Origin: Opitutales bacterium
GTDB taxonomy: Bacteria; Verrucomicrobiota; Verrucomicrobiia; Opitutales; UBA2987
Length of the DNA stretch: 64,000 bases
Assembly: GCA_965226885.1 (NCBI GenBank)
Contig: CBDDEL010000016.1
Coordinates: 672,001-736,000, forward strand
Reading direction: 5' to 3'
A program made the position numbers and the translations under genes. The notes under the pieces were generated by a model that saw nothing but the letters and a program-made list of their open reading frames with translations, had not been told where the DNA came from and made no database searches. Positions 45,780-56,311 of this stretch are shown in pieces. Numbering within the stretch: the first letter of the stretch is position 1; each line of letters begins with the position of its first letter.

Positions 45780-48053
45780 CTAACGTTTAAGAGGAACAAT
45801 TTGATGGGCGCGTTCGTCCATTTTTGGGAAATCCTTTTTAACACGCGCCAGGAGGGCTTCGGGCTTGTTCTCCCTCAGATAGATTTTCAGGTAGTGTATA
45901 AAAAAAGAATGTTATTTTGTATTTTTAGCTGAACAAATAGCGTTAGGCAGTTTATTCTTAGTGCATGGTTACTAAAATTATTAATTGTCGGCACTGTGGA
46001 AGTGAAAATATCATTAAATTTGGCAAGACGCCCAACCATAAGCAGCGCTACCGCTGCCATGATTGTGGTAAACAAAGCCGCGAAAACCCCACAGTGAAAT
46101 ACACCGCAGAGCAGAAAGAAATGATCCTTCGAGTCTATCAGGAACGCAGCAGTCTACGCGGTTTACAGCGCGCCTTCGGGGTGAGTCCCAACACCGTTTT
46201 GAGTTGGTTAAAAAAAACGACAATCGCTGCGACCGCTCAAAAGCACGATTCTTGCGGCCCGCCGCCATGATGTCATTGAACTGGACGAACTGTGGTCTTT
46301 TGTGGGGCGCAAGAGCGATGCCCAATGGGTTTGGATCGCTCTTTGCCGACGCACCCGTCAAATCCTCTCCTATGCCATTGGGCCTCGGGATTGGTATCGT
46401 TGCCGGGAACTTTACGAGCGTCTGCCACGGGCCTACAAAAGATGTGCCACCTACAGCGACTTTTGGAGCACTTATGATGAAGTCTTTCCTCATAACCGAT
46501 CCGTGGGAAAAGAAACCGGTGAAACGGCCCATGTGGAATGATGGAACAATACCCTGCGCCAACGACTGGGTCGTTTCACACGCAAAACCCTCTCCTTTTC
46601 CAAGCTTAAGAGTATGCATGAAACCTGTCTGAGACTTTTCATTCATCAATATAATCAAGAATTAGCCACCATTCCTACTTAATACACTACCGATTTTCAT
46701 GCGCCAGGTTTGCTCCGCCGGAGATGCTTTCGCGGGCAGCCATTGGGGGCTGGTGTGGAGGCAGTCATGCCAGGCCTGGCACATCGAATCGGCTGAGCCA
46801 TCGGCCAATGCCACGAGGTATTTGCGATCCCGTGAAACCGTTCCAATGATGGGCATGGTATAGCGATCGGAACTTGTGTCGGCCCAACTGTCAGGCTGGG
46901 GTTTGGGTGGATTTTTCCAGACTCCGACATACACCTGGACCCAGGGCGGATTGTTTTTAGGGTCGTCCGGGGGACGGGCGGGAATTTTGTGCCGGGCAGT
47001 TTGGTTGAGGAAAGTGCGCCCTTTTTCCGTGAATATAAAGCATCGCTCAACGAACTCGGGATAATTATCGGTTTCCGGTTTTTCGCTTTTGAAATGCGGG
47101 GCTCTTCTCAACTGAAAACAGATATTAGGGGTAGGCAGCTTATCCGGCAGACTTTCCGCATTGCCGGGATCGGCAACGGCCTTGACGATGAATTCAACTG
47201 CTCCCGGCGTGGGGACAATCGCTCCCGGCGTGGGGACAATCTCGGTTTTGAAGCGAAAAACATGCTCATCCCTCCTGACGCGATGTTCCATCTCGACAAA
47301 CCCGCCCTCTAAAGCTCCTGCGCCAATGAACTCGACACCCGGATTCTCATAGCACCAGCTATCGCATGTAAAACCGGGTAATTCTGGAAATCGAGCCGAT
47401 ACAAGCAAATCCTCGCCCCGCTGCCAGACCCCCAGAGTTGGAAGCCGCCTGGGATCCGGATTAAGGGAATGGGCATTGAGGATTTCACGGTTCAGCGTCA
47501 TGGTTGCCAATGGTGTGGCCCGTGGCTTGTTGCTCTGATGGATGCTGTCAACAAAAAGGTATCCCTGGGGGTGGCCGCTACGGTCGTCCACGATCTGGAT
47601 TCGGGCATCCTGGCCAACCAGAGTGGAAACATCCCAGCTAAACCATTCCAGGTTTTCAAGATTGATGGGAAGAGCGGTTTTTGCGAGCTCGCCATTGACC
47701 AGCAACCCAATGTAAATATCGCTGGTTTTGCCACCGCCGAGAAGGAGATTAATATACCGTCTTTGGACTTCGAATGGGGCCGAGGTTATTTCTCCTTCCG
47801 CCTTGTGTCCTCCAAAATAACTGGTGGCGAATCCCGTTCCCTCAAAACCTTTTACGTTATGGGAAGAAATTTCACCTGAGCGGGCCGGAGCAACCCCGAA
47901 AGCTTCACCGCTGATGTCCCATGGGCCGAAATCAGTCCCTTCAAAATCGGCGATGAGAATATCATCCGGGGAACCGGCAAAAAGCCCCGAAAATCCAGCC
48001 AGAAGGATGGTTGAGAGAATTGAAATTTCTATTTTCATTTGCATGTTCCGCAA
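45780..48053 (-). pseudogene. Secreted protein with GH32-associated-like N-terminal domain, split by IS1
   Basis: Frame rejoins across IS1: WRMKI-YLRENKPEALLARVKKDFP..*; in-frame 21-bp duplication (IVPTPGA x2). Confidence 0.7.
45890..46691 (+). mobile_element. IS1-family IS, copy 2 (nonsense in insB)
   Basis: TSD GATTTTCA; A-run frameshift site near 46210; CGA>TGA at ~46539 relative to copy 3. Confidence 0.92.
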
Positions 48054-48158
48054 TTTAACACACCTAGCCGGATTTCCGGTTTATCGAATAAATTCGTTTT
48101 CGATAGCCAAGCCACATGGCAGGGGCATGACAACGAGCCGGGGACGGCCCGTTCCACC

Positions 48159-48953
48159 TTATTTTCCTGCTTGTTCTTTGGCCCAGGCGGAAAGTTTGGT
48201 GATTTCCTGGGCCAGACTTTGGGTGTGGTTCTGGAACCATTCGCTGCCTTTTTCTTGGGTGGCGGCGGCGGCGGCGCCCACGATGCCGGTTTTGGAGATG
48301 TCTCCTGTGATCCAGGTATAAGTGGCGGACCCGCCCTCGGGCCGCAATTCTCCGGCCATGCCAAGCCGGGCGGGATATTCGCATCCGGCCTGGGACATGT
48401 CCACCAATCCATCGGTAACTTCCAGCATGATGGAGGTTTCCCACTCATTGGCGTGAAAACCGAAGGCTTCTTCCTGGGGGGAGAGGATCGGTTTGAATTT
48501 AGAGGTTAAAAAAACGGTCCTCATGCCCAGTTCATCTTGAATCTGGCGCATGGTATAGCGCAAAACGGAAATGTTGCCACCGTGGGTATTTAAAACGACC
48601 AGGGTACGGAATCCCCAGGTATGCAACTGGCGGGCAATGGAGGTTAGTAGCCGGCCCAGGGTACGGGTCGAGACGAAGAGAGTTCCGGGAAAACCACGGT
48701 GCTCGTCGCTTTTGCCAATGGTAATCGGGGGAGCCACCAAAACAGGTACGTCATCGGGTACCAGTGGCAAGGCGGCGCTAAGGTAAGCCTGGCCGAGAAT
48801 GGCATCGACGCCGACGGGCAGATGAGGCCCATGCTGCTCGATGGCCCCGGTCGGTATGATAACCGGAACGGTTTCTTTATCGGTAATGGCCGCAATTTGC
48901 TCCAGGGTCATGGCAGGGAGATAGCGGCTGCGGTATTTAGGCAGTTGCACCAT
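48159..48953 (-). CDS. Creatininase-family amidohydrolase
   Basis: GAIEQHGPHLP..D, EH..FPGT, NTHGGN, HANEWETS. Confidence 0.92.
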   Translation of the reverse strand: MVQLPKYRSRYLPAMTLEQIAAITDKETVPVIIPTGAIEQHGPHLPVGVDAILGQAYLSAALPLVPDDVPVLVAPPITIGKSDEHRGFPGTLFVSTRTLGRLLTSIARQLHTWGFRTLVVLNTHGGNISVLRYTMRQIQDELGMRTVFLTSKFKPILSPQEEAFGFHANEWETSIMLEVTDGLVDMSQAGCEYPARLGMAGELRPEGGSATYTWITGDISKTGIVGAAAAATQEKGSEWFQNHTQSLAQEITKLSAWAKEQAGK

Positions 48954-48955
48954 TT

Positions 48956-49717
48956 TTATATGCCTTTCTTTTGGTAAATGACTCCGTCGTGCGGCAAGGG
49001 CGGGCGGTCCCCCACTTCAAGGAGTAGTCCGGCGAGTAGTTCCCCGGCTTGCCGAAGCCTTCTGGCTCCTTCCCGGCGGCCTTCCTCGAGGGGCACAAAA
49101 TCGGTCAGGGCCGGGGCATGGTCCACTTCGCCCGGGGTGAGGGCATCGGAAGGCACCGTGTCGCTGGATATTACCGGCTCCTGTTCCATCAGGTAAGTGC
49201 CCAGGGTCTGTAATTGCTTTCGCGAATCGCTCCGCACGGGGTGAAAGTCAAGCCCCAGGCCGTGAAGATTGATACTGAACAATTGCATGGCATACTTGAT
49301 GCGAAGATCGCGGGCGCATGCTTTGTTGATCATTTCCTCGTTCCAGGGGCTGGTGTTGAAAAAAACGACTTTCTTGAACCCTGTGATATGGATTGAGTGG
49401 ACGACTTCCTCGACATAATCATAGGCCGTATCGGGATCGAGACTGAAAGCGCAGTTTTGGTAGGGGCCGAGGACAAATCGAAGGGGTGGCGCCAAAATGA
49501 AAGGGAGAAATCCCTTAATGGTTTTGACGGCCTGTTTGAATATAGCCAAACCCACGGTTTCCTCCAGGTCCATGGGGTGCCCCAAACCCCAATCGGCGAA
49601 ACCGAAAACGGGGACCACCACGATGTAATTGTGTTTGTCCTCGATCTCGGCAAACCGGGTCCAGGAACGATGGGCCCAAAAGGTGGATTTATCAACATCT
49701 GCAATATAGGTCATCAT
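48956..49717 (-). CDS. Creatininase-fold paralogue lacking catalytic motifs
   Basis: Aligned positions read ADWGLGHPMDLE and NTSPWN instead of EQHG.HLP..D and N.HGGN. Confidence 0.65.
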   Translation of the reverse strand: MMTYIADVDKSTFWAHRSWTRFAEIEDKHNYIVVVPVFGFADWGLGHPMDLEETVGLAIFKQAVKTIKGFLPFILAPPLRFVLGPYQNCAFSLDPDTAYDYVEEVVHSIHITGFKKVVFFNTSPWNEEMINKACARDLRIKYAMQLFSINLHGLGLDFHPVRSDSRKQLQTLGTYLMEQEPVISSDTVPSDALTPGEVDHAPALTDFVPLEEGRREGARRLRQAGELLAGLLLEVGDRPPLPHDGVIYQKKGI

Positions 49718-49756
49718 AGCGGCATCCTTTTGCGAATATACATAGATTCAATCAGG

Positions 49757-50266
49757 TCAATTAATTGCATCCTCCAGATCATCATCTTTAAAACTTAAAA
49801 ATATAAGGGAAGTGCCCATCATTGCAAACATGCGAAAAGCGGCATCCTGGCCATTCCAATCTTCCGATTGCCACATTAAAAACCATTCTCCACCCACCGT
49901 AATGAAGGCCACATACCATTGCAGCAAGATTACAGTTAGCCCGATGGTGGCAATCTTTTTCGCTCTATTGAAAGCGGCCCCACTGCCCTTCAGGAATCGG
50001 GCCAATACGACCGTGCCCCAAACACACAATACCAAGGCGATGGTTTCCCACAAAATGATGGACCCGTAAAAAAGGGTGTGGATTTGGGGGGAATCGATAG
50101 CCCGCCACATCAGCTGATTGTCCTCGAAAGCAGTGGACATGGAGAGAACACCCTCGACGAAGAGGTAGTTCGACCTGTAATCGGTCAGATTGTTGAGGAC
50201 TACAAATGCCAGAAACAAGGCGGTGGCCGCCACCAGGGAAATTTTACAGAGACGTATGGCCAACAT
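49757..50266 (-). CDS. DUF2165-family membrane protein
   Basis: NNLTDY.SN..FV..VLSM, GGEWFLMWQS..WNGQ.AAFR. Confidence 0.88.
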   Translation of the reverse strand: MLAIRLCKISLVAATALFLAFVVLNNLTDYRSNYLFVEGVLSMSTAFEDNQLMWRAIDSPQIHTLFYGSIILWETIALVLCVWGTVVLARFLKGSGAAFNRAKKIATIGLTVILLQWYVAFITVGGEWFLMWQSEDWNGQDAAFRMFAMMGTSLIFLSFKDDDLEDAIN

Positions 50267-50443
50267 GAATCGAGAATGTAAACAGGAAAAAGCGGTCATG
50301 CCAAGAAGCTTTTGCGCCGCTTGCAAATTGCTTTTGTTGTCTATGCGGCTCCTTGACAATGCTTTGCCGATGGTGCTGGATAGGAAATCACCACCTCGCC
50401 AACCCGGCGGTTGGTATTTGCCCTCAAACCTTTTCTAACCGTC

Positions 50444-51763
50444 ATGCTGGAAAAATTATTTCACCTGCGCGAGCACGAGACCAACGTTCGGACCGAAGTT
50501 TTGGCCGGATTGACCACCTTTGCGGCAATGTCCTATGTGCTGGTGGTCAACCCAGGCATTCTGCATGCGGGCGGAATGCCCATTGCGGGATTGATTACGG
50601 TGACGGCCCTTTCCGCCGCGGTGGGCACCTTCATCATGGCCTTGCTGACCAATTACCCGGTAGCCCTGGCACCGGGGATGGGGCTAAACGCGTTTTTCGC
50701 CTATACGGTCTGCCTGGGTTTGGGGGTTCCCTGGGAAGCGGCCCTAGGCATGACTTTCTGGAACGGCATCCTCTTCCTGCTGCTTTCCCTCACCGGCGTC
50801 CGCACAAAAATTGCCCACGCCATACCCCACAACCTGAAAATTGGAGTCCAATGCGGGATCGGGCTTTTTATCGCTTTTCTAGGGCTGCGCAACGGCGGCA
50901 TTATCGTCGGCCATCCGGCCACCTTCGTGACTATGGGCAACCTTTCTTCGGGATCGTCCCTGCTGGTCTTGTTCGGGATCGCCTTGACCGTCATCCTGGT
51001 TATCAGGAAAGTGCCGGGAGCGATTTTGCTGTCTATCGCGGCCGTTACCGTGATCGGGTTCGCGGTGCCCTCCGGGGACGGTTTTGTGACGCGTCTGCCG
51101 GAAAAGATTGTCGGCCTGCCGGAAAGCATGGAAAATACCTTTTTGCGTTTCGACCTGATGTATCCGGTTATCAACATTGGCGAATCCTGGACCATCATTC
51201 TGGCAATGCTTTTCGTCAATATGTTCGACACCATCGGCACGCTTATCGGGGTCTCCCGACGGGCCGGTCTGGTGGATAAAACCGGGCAGTTGCCGAAAAT
51301 GGGCCATGCCCTGACGGCCGACGCGGCCGCCACGGTGGTGGGAAGCTGCCTGGGCACATCCACCGTCACTTCCTATATTGAATCGGCGGCGGGGGTGGAA
51401 ACGGGTGGCCGAACGGGCCTGACAGCCGTTGTGGTGGGCATCTGTTTTCTGTTGGCTCTTTTTTTCACTCCCGTGCTGGCCATCATTCCGGCCGTGGCCA
51501 CAGCACCGGCCCTGGTTATGGTCGGTATTTTCATGATGGAAGCCATCCGGCATGTGGATTTCGGGGACTTGAGGGAATTTGCGCCGACAGTGGTGACGTT
51601 GCTGGTCATGCCGCTGGCCTTCAGCATCAGCGAGGGCATTGCGGTCGGTTTTATCGTTTACGTGGCCGTAATGGCTGGCACGGGGCGCTGGAAAAACATC
51701 TCGATTTTGACCTATGTGCTGGCCGCGGTTTTCCTGGCCCGTTACATTTTCGACCTCAGATAG
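50444..51763 (+). CDS. NCS2/AzgA-type purine permease
   Basis: TEVLAGLTTF, LAPGMGLNAFF, FDTIGTL, YIESAAGV..GGRTGL. Confidence 0.93.
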   Translation: MLEKLFHLREHETNVRTEVLAGLTTFAAMSYVLVVNPGILHAGGMPIAGLITVTALSAAVGTFIMALLTNYPVALAPGMGLNAFFAYTVCLGLGVPWEAALGMTFWNGILFLLLSLTGVRTKIAHAIPHNLKIGVQCGIGLFIAFLGLRNGGIIVGHPATFVTMGNLSSGSSLLVLFGIALTVILVIRKVPGAILLSIAAVTVIGFAVPSGDGFVTRLPEKIVGLPESMENTFLRFDLMYPVINIGESWTIILAMLFVNMFDTIGTLIGVSRRAGLVDKTGQLPKMGHALTADAAATVVGSCLGTSTVTSYIESAAGVETGGRTGLTAVVVGICFLLALFFTPVLAIIPAVATAPALVMVGIFMMEAIRHVDFGDLREFAPTVVTLLVMPLAFSISEGIAVGFIVYVAVMAGTGRWKNISILTYVLAAVFLARYIFDLR

Positions 51764-51766
51764 ATA

Positions 51767-54416
51767 GAGGCTGTCCCAAAAGGGTGATTTTTGCGAGGGC
51801 TTTTGATAGGCGCTCATTTTAGAGGTATTTGCATTTGGGAGAGTATCAACTTTGCTCTCCTATGACGTTAGGATACTGGTTTTGGGGTCCGGTTGCCTGG
51901 TTTTCTTTGTATGAGCCGACAGTACGGCTGTGAAAAAGTATTGTCCTTGCTTTTCCGCTCTCTAGGCCGCCGCTTTGGTTTTTAGTTCGTCTTGCTGGGC
52001 CAGCATCTTGGCTACTTTCCATAGGTTGTGCGAGAGTACCGACCAGGCTACGCTGATCGAGCGGTTGGCAAAGCCTTTGCTGCGCAACCGCCCGGCCTGC
52101 CAGCGATTCTTCAATACCCCGATCCGCCCTTCGGTGCTGGCCCGGCGCTTTTGCAATTGTCTGAACAGTGGTTCCTCCCTCCGTTTTTTCAACTGCTTCG
52201 GATCGCGTGGACAGAGCGCGTCGTAGATTCCCTCCTGGGCTAACTGCCGGCGGGCCCGCTGGGAGGCAAATCCCCGGTCCGCGCACATGGCCGCTATGGG
52301 TTCTTCCAGGTTGAAGCGGTTCTGTCTTTGCAAACTCTCTAGCATTTGTTCATTTTCGCTTGGAGTTCGGCTGCCGTAGAGTTTCCAGTCCAGCAGGTAC
52401 CCTTCAACGCTTTCTCCCAAAAACAGGGTGTTGCCGAACTCGACCTCTTGGCCCGCTTTACCTCGCACAATCACCTGCCCATCGAGTTCGTAAACACTCA
52501 AGACTTTCTCTGCGTTTTTCACCTGGCGGCCGCCAATGATCCGCTCGTGCGCCTGTTTGATGACCACCGGGATTTGCTCGCTCATGCGCTCCATCCGGGC
52601 GAGGATCTGTTGGACCTGTTTTTCGCTGTAATCGCTTTGCTCCCAGCAGGCTTGCAATAATTCCCGGTGACTGCGGGCATGCTCCCCGATCCGTTTGAGC
52701 AGCTTTTTCATCTGCCTCAAGATACCCTTGCGCTGCCGCGCGCTGTCCTTTCGCCGCCGGCTGTGGGTCATCTGTATGCACAGCCGATTCATCTGCCGAG
52801 CCAAGGGCTCCGGTTCGATCGGCATGCGATGGCGCAAACCGGCCTTCTCGCGGATCAGCCGGATCGCTTTGAGCAACGTGCCGGCTACATCCTTGAGTAA
52901 TACCCAGTCCGTCGGCCAATGAATGTTAGCCTCCAAACAGGTGCCGTCGATCAGGCAAATGGTGGTGTCAATCGGCTTGTCCAATCCCACCTGCCGGGCC
53001 AGAAGGGCATCGCCCACCACCTCAGTCAAGGTCCGGTGCAAGGCCCTCAACTGCTCTTCGCTGAAAAACTTCGAGGCCCGCTCCAGGGTGCTTTTGGAGA
53101 TGCCCCTGATGCCATCGATCTGCCGGACACGGCAAAAGTCGGCCAACAGATCGCTGCTGCCCAGAGCCCGCGACAAATGCCGAAACGAAATCCCTCCGAG
53201 CAGACGGCCCAGCGTATCCATGCGCAGTGCCTTGATGGCAAAACTGGCCCGCTGCCGCCGGGCCTTTAGACCCATTGGCGGCCACCCCTCCAAGGCCAGC
53301 TCAATGGCCTGCGATTCCACCTCCGAGTCGATCAGCAGCCGATCGATTCGATCAATGGTGGCCGATCGATTCGATCAATGGTGGCGCGGAAGTTATCGTA
53401 ATCGAGGCTCCGGTCGACCACAGTTAAAGCTGGACGCAGGAGGCATTGGATGGCTATATTTTTCATAGAAAGGGCTATATTGATTTTCGCTAACTCAATT
53501 ATAGAACCCTTTTTGGTAGTGTATTAAGTAGGAATGGTGGCTAATTCTTGATTATATTGATGAATGAAAAGTCTCAGACAGGTTTCATGCATACTCTTAA
53601 GCTTGGAAAAGGAGAGGGTTTTGCGTGTGAAACGACCCAGTCGTTGGCGCAGGGTATTGTTCCATCGTTCCACATGGGCCGTTTCACCGGTTTCTTTTCC
53701 CACGGATCGGTTATGAGGAAAGACTTCATCATAAGTGCTCCAAAAGTCGCTGTAGGTGGCACATCTTTTGTAGGCCCGTGGCAGACGCTCGTAAAGTTCC
53801 CGGCAACGATACCAATCCCGAGGCCCAATGGCATAGGAGAGGATTTGACGGGTGCGTCGGCAAAGAGCGATCCAAACCCATTGGGCATCGCTCTTGCGCC
53901 CCACAAAAGACCACAGTTCGTCCAGTTCAATGACATCATGGCGGCGGGCCGCAAGAATCGTGCTTTTGAGCGGTCGCAGCGATTGTCGTTTTTTTTAACC
54001 AACTCAAAACGGTGTTGGGACTCACCCCGAAGGCGCGCTGTAAACCGCGTAGACTGCTGCGTTCCTGATAGACTCGAAGGATCATTTCTTTTTGCTCTTC
54101 GGTGTATTTCACTGTGGGGTTTTCGCGGCTTTGTTTACCACAATCATGGCAGCGGTAGCGCTGTTTATGGTTGGGCGTCTTGCCAAATTTAATGATATTT
54201 TCACTTCCACAGTGCCGACAATTAATAATTTTAGCAACCATGCACTAAAAATAAACTGCCTAACGCTATTTGTACAGCTAAAAATACAAAATAACATTCT
54301 TTTTTTATACACTACCCCCTTTTTTGGCCGGATCGAGCAAAAACTTGCTCTTTCCGGCTCTTTTTATCAACGTCATCCAGTTGACTATAAAATCTTTATA
54401 TTTTTGGGACAGCCTC
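51767..54416 (-). mobile_element. IS5/ISNCY-like IS, copy 3, with nested IS1
   Basis: TSD TAGATA; 23-bp duplication at 53338-53383 frameshifts the transposase N-terminus. Confidence 0.9.
53515..54316 (-). mobile_element. IS1-family IS, copy 3 (apparently intact)
   Basis: TSD CCCTTTTT; insA 53936..54241; insB open to 53524. Confidence 0.92.
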
Positions 54417-54717
54417 TAGATAGTGGAAAGTATGGGGCTGCCGATGAAAAATCTCCGATTATGCCGGGGAAGGGAAATCATTTCACTTAAGGATTTTTAA
54501 ACTTTTCCCGAAAAAAGGAATGGATGAATGCCTGACAAAAAACTGGTTTGAAAAATAAGAATGCTCAACAAGACATTTTTTCGACAGAACTTTCTGTTTC
54601 TTATTGACAAGGCAATCCTTCCAAAGACTGTTGTTTCGGAATTTCCGAACCCAGGCATGGGCGGAAATTTTTAACAGTTTAGACAATTATAAAAATCCAG
54701 CTTTGTTGAAAAAGAAA

Positions 54718-55380
54718 ATGAGATCGGTTACCAGCGGCACATTATATTTTGACGGAATCATGCCCTGGCTGGCTGCTGTTGTGATTTTCTTGAGTTCTGC
54801 GGGATCGGCGTTCTCCCATGACATAGCCCGCGGCAAGGTGGTTTTTCAAATTTGCGTTGCCTGCCACGGCGATCAGGGTTTGGGAAACCGGGCGGTCAAA
54901 GCGCCTCATATCGCGGGACTCAATGCCTGGTATGTGGAGGCCCAGCTAACCAAGTTCCGTTCCGGCATTAGGGGAACCCATCCCGATGATATCGAGGGCA
55001 TGCAAATGCGCCCGATGTCCAAGACCATTGCCTCGGAAGAAGATGTCAGGGAAGTGGCCGCCTATATCGAACATCTCAAGCCCAACAAGGGAAAAACTAC
55101 GGTGCAAGGCAATGCCGATCGCGGAAAAACCCATTATATGGTATGTATGGCTTGTCATGGAGACAAGGGACAGGGAAATCAGGCCCTCGGTTCGCCGCCC
55201 CTCGTACGTTTGAACGATTGGTACATTTTGAGCCAGTTGAAAAAATTTCGCTCCGGCATCCATGGATCCAATCCGCTTGATATAACCGGCATGCAAATGC
55301 GGCCAATGGCCATGACTTTGCCCAACGAGCAGGCCATGCTGGATGTGATCGCCTATATCAATTCACTTTGGGAAAATTGA
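54718..55380 (+). CDS. Di-heme cytochrome c4-type protein (start approximate)
   Basis: Signal peptide; CVACH and CMACH; duplicated GMQMRPM. Confidence 0.9.
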   Translation: MRSVTSGTLYFDGIMPWLAAVVIFLSSAGSAFSHDIARGKVVFQICVACHGDQGLGNRAVKAPHIAGLNAWYVEAQLTKFRSGIRGTHPDDIEGMQMRPMSKTIASEEDVREVAAYIEHLKPNKGKTTVQGNADRGKTHYMVCMACHGDKGQGNQALGSPPLVRLNDWYILSQLKKFRSGIHGSNPLDITGMQMRPMAMTLPNEQAMLDVIAYINSLWEN

Positions 55381-55423
55381 AAATCATTCAAGCGAACCAA
55401 AAATACCACCAGCCATCAAAATT

Positions 55424-55525
55424 ATGAACGAAGACATCAGTGATAAAGTGGCCAGGATCGCCTTCAGGATCACTTTGATAGGCTGCATCCTCTACGGATT
55501 GAGTGTGATATTATTCGTTTTTTGA
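55424..55525 (+). CDS. 33-aa single-TM protein in the oxidase operon
   Basis: MNEDISDKVARIAFRITLIGCILYGLSVILFVF*; fills the cytochrome c-coxB gap. Confidence 0.6.
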   Translation: MNEDISDKVARIAFRITLIGCILYGLSVILFVF

Positions 55526-55573
55526 AGATGCTGATACTTAAGCCAAACAATTGAGCAAGAAAACGGATACAGG

Positions 55574-56311
55574 ATGATTGAGAGTTTAATAGAAAACGCC
55601 TCCACTTACGGGGGGAAAATAGACGATCTATTTACCCTCGTAACCCTATTAATAGGCGGATGGTTCTTTTTGGCTGAGGGAATCCTCTTCTATTTTATCA
55701 TCCGGTTTCGGCGCAAGGACGGAGTGAAAGCCCAATACGTGACCGGGGAGAAGAGAGAAGAGCACAAATGGATAGCCTATCCGCACTACCTCATCATCCT
55801 CTTTGATATCGTCATAATCGTGGGCGCGGTGATGGTTTGGTACGAGGTTAAACAAAAGCTGCCCCCCGCCGACGCCACCATACGGGTGACTGGCAGGCAA
55901 TGGTCATGGATATTCACCCATCCCGGTCCGGACGGAATTCTCGACACAGGGGACGACATTAAAACTGTGGACAGCCTGCATGTGCAAGTAGACACCACTT
56001 ACCACTTTCTACTGGAATCGAAAGACGTCCTCCATAGTTTTTCAGTGCCGGTATTTCGGCTCAAACAGGACGCTATTCCGGGCAGGGTTATTACCGGATG
56101 GTTCAACGCGATCAAGACCGGAGAGTACGATATCCAATGCGCAGAGATATGCGGCATAGGCCATGGCATTATGGCCGCTCGCATCTCCATAGATTCGCCA
56201 AAGGATCACCAGGCTTGGATAAATGAAAAATCGCAACTGACTCAAACCGAGCGAATGGCTATGTCGGCCGAAAGTGAAATTTTAAACCGGGAGGATAAAA
56301 ACAATGGCTGA
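55574..56311 (+). CDS. coxB: Cytochrome c oxidase subunit II
   Basis: QWSW, DVLHSF, CuA motif CAEICGIGHGIM. Confidence 0.95.
   Translation: MIESLIENASTYGGKIDDLFTLVTLLIGGWFFLAEGILFYFIIRFRRKDGVKAQYVTGEKREEHKWIAYPHYLIILFDIVIIVGAVMVWYEVKQKLPPADATIRVTGRQWSWIFTHPGPDGILDTGDDIKTVDSLHVQVDTTYHFLLESKDVLHSFSVPVFRLKQDAIPGRVITGWFNAIKTGEYDIQCAEICGIGHGIMAARISIDSPKDHQAWINEKSQLTQTERMAMSAESEILNREDKNNG

Noticed and set aside
50270..50443. Purine or xanthine riboswitch upstream of the NCS2 permease
   Set aside because: Small hairpins only; no aptamer consensus recognised (cmscan would settle it)
50353..51817. Long alternative-frame and antisense ORFs over the permease (likewise over holB and IS genes)
   Set aside because: Shadow ORFs of GC-rich coding sequence with no motifs
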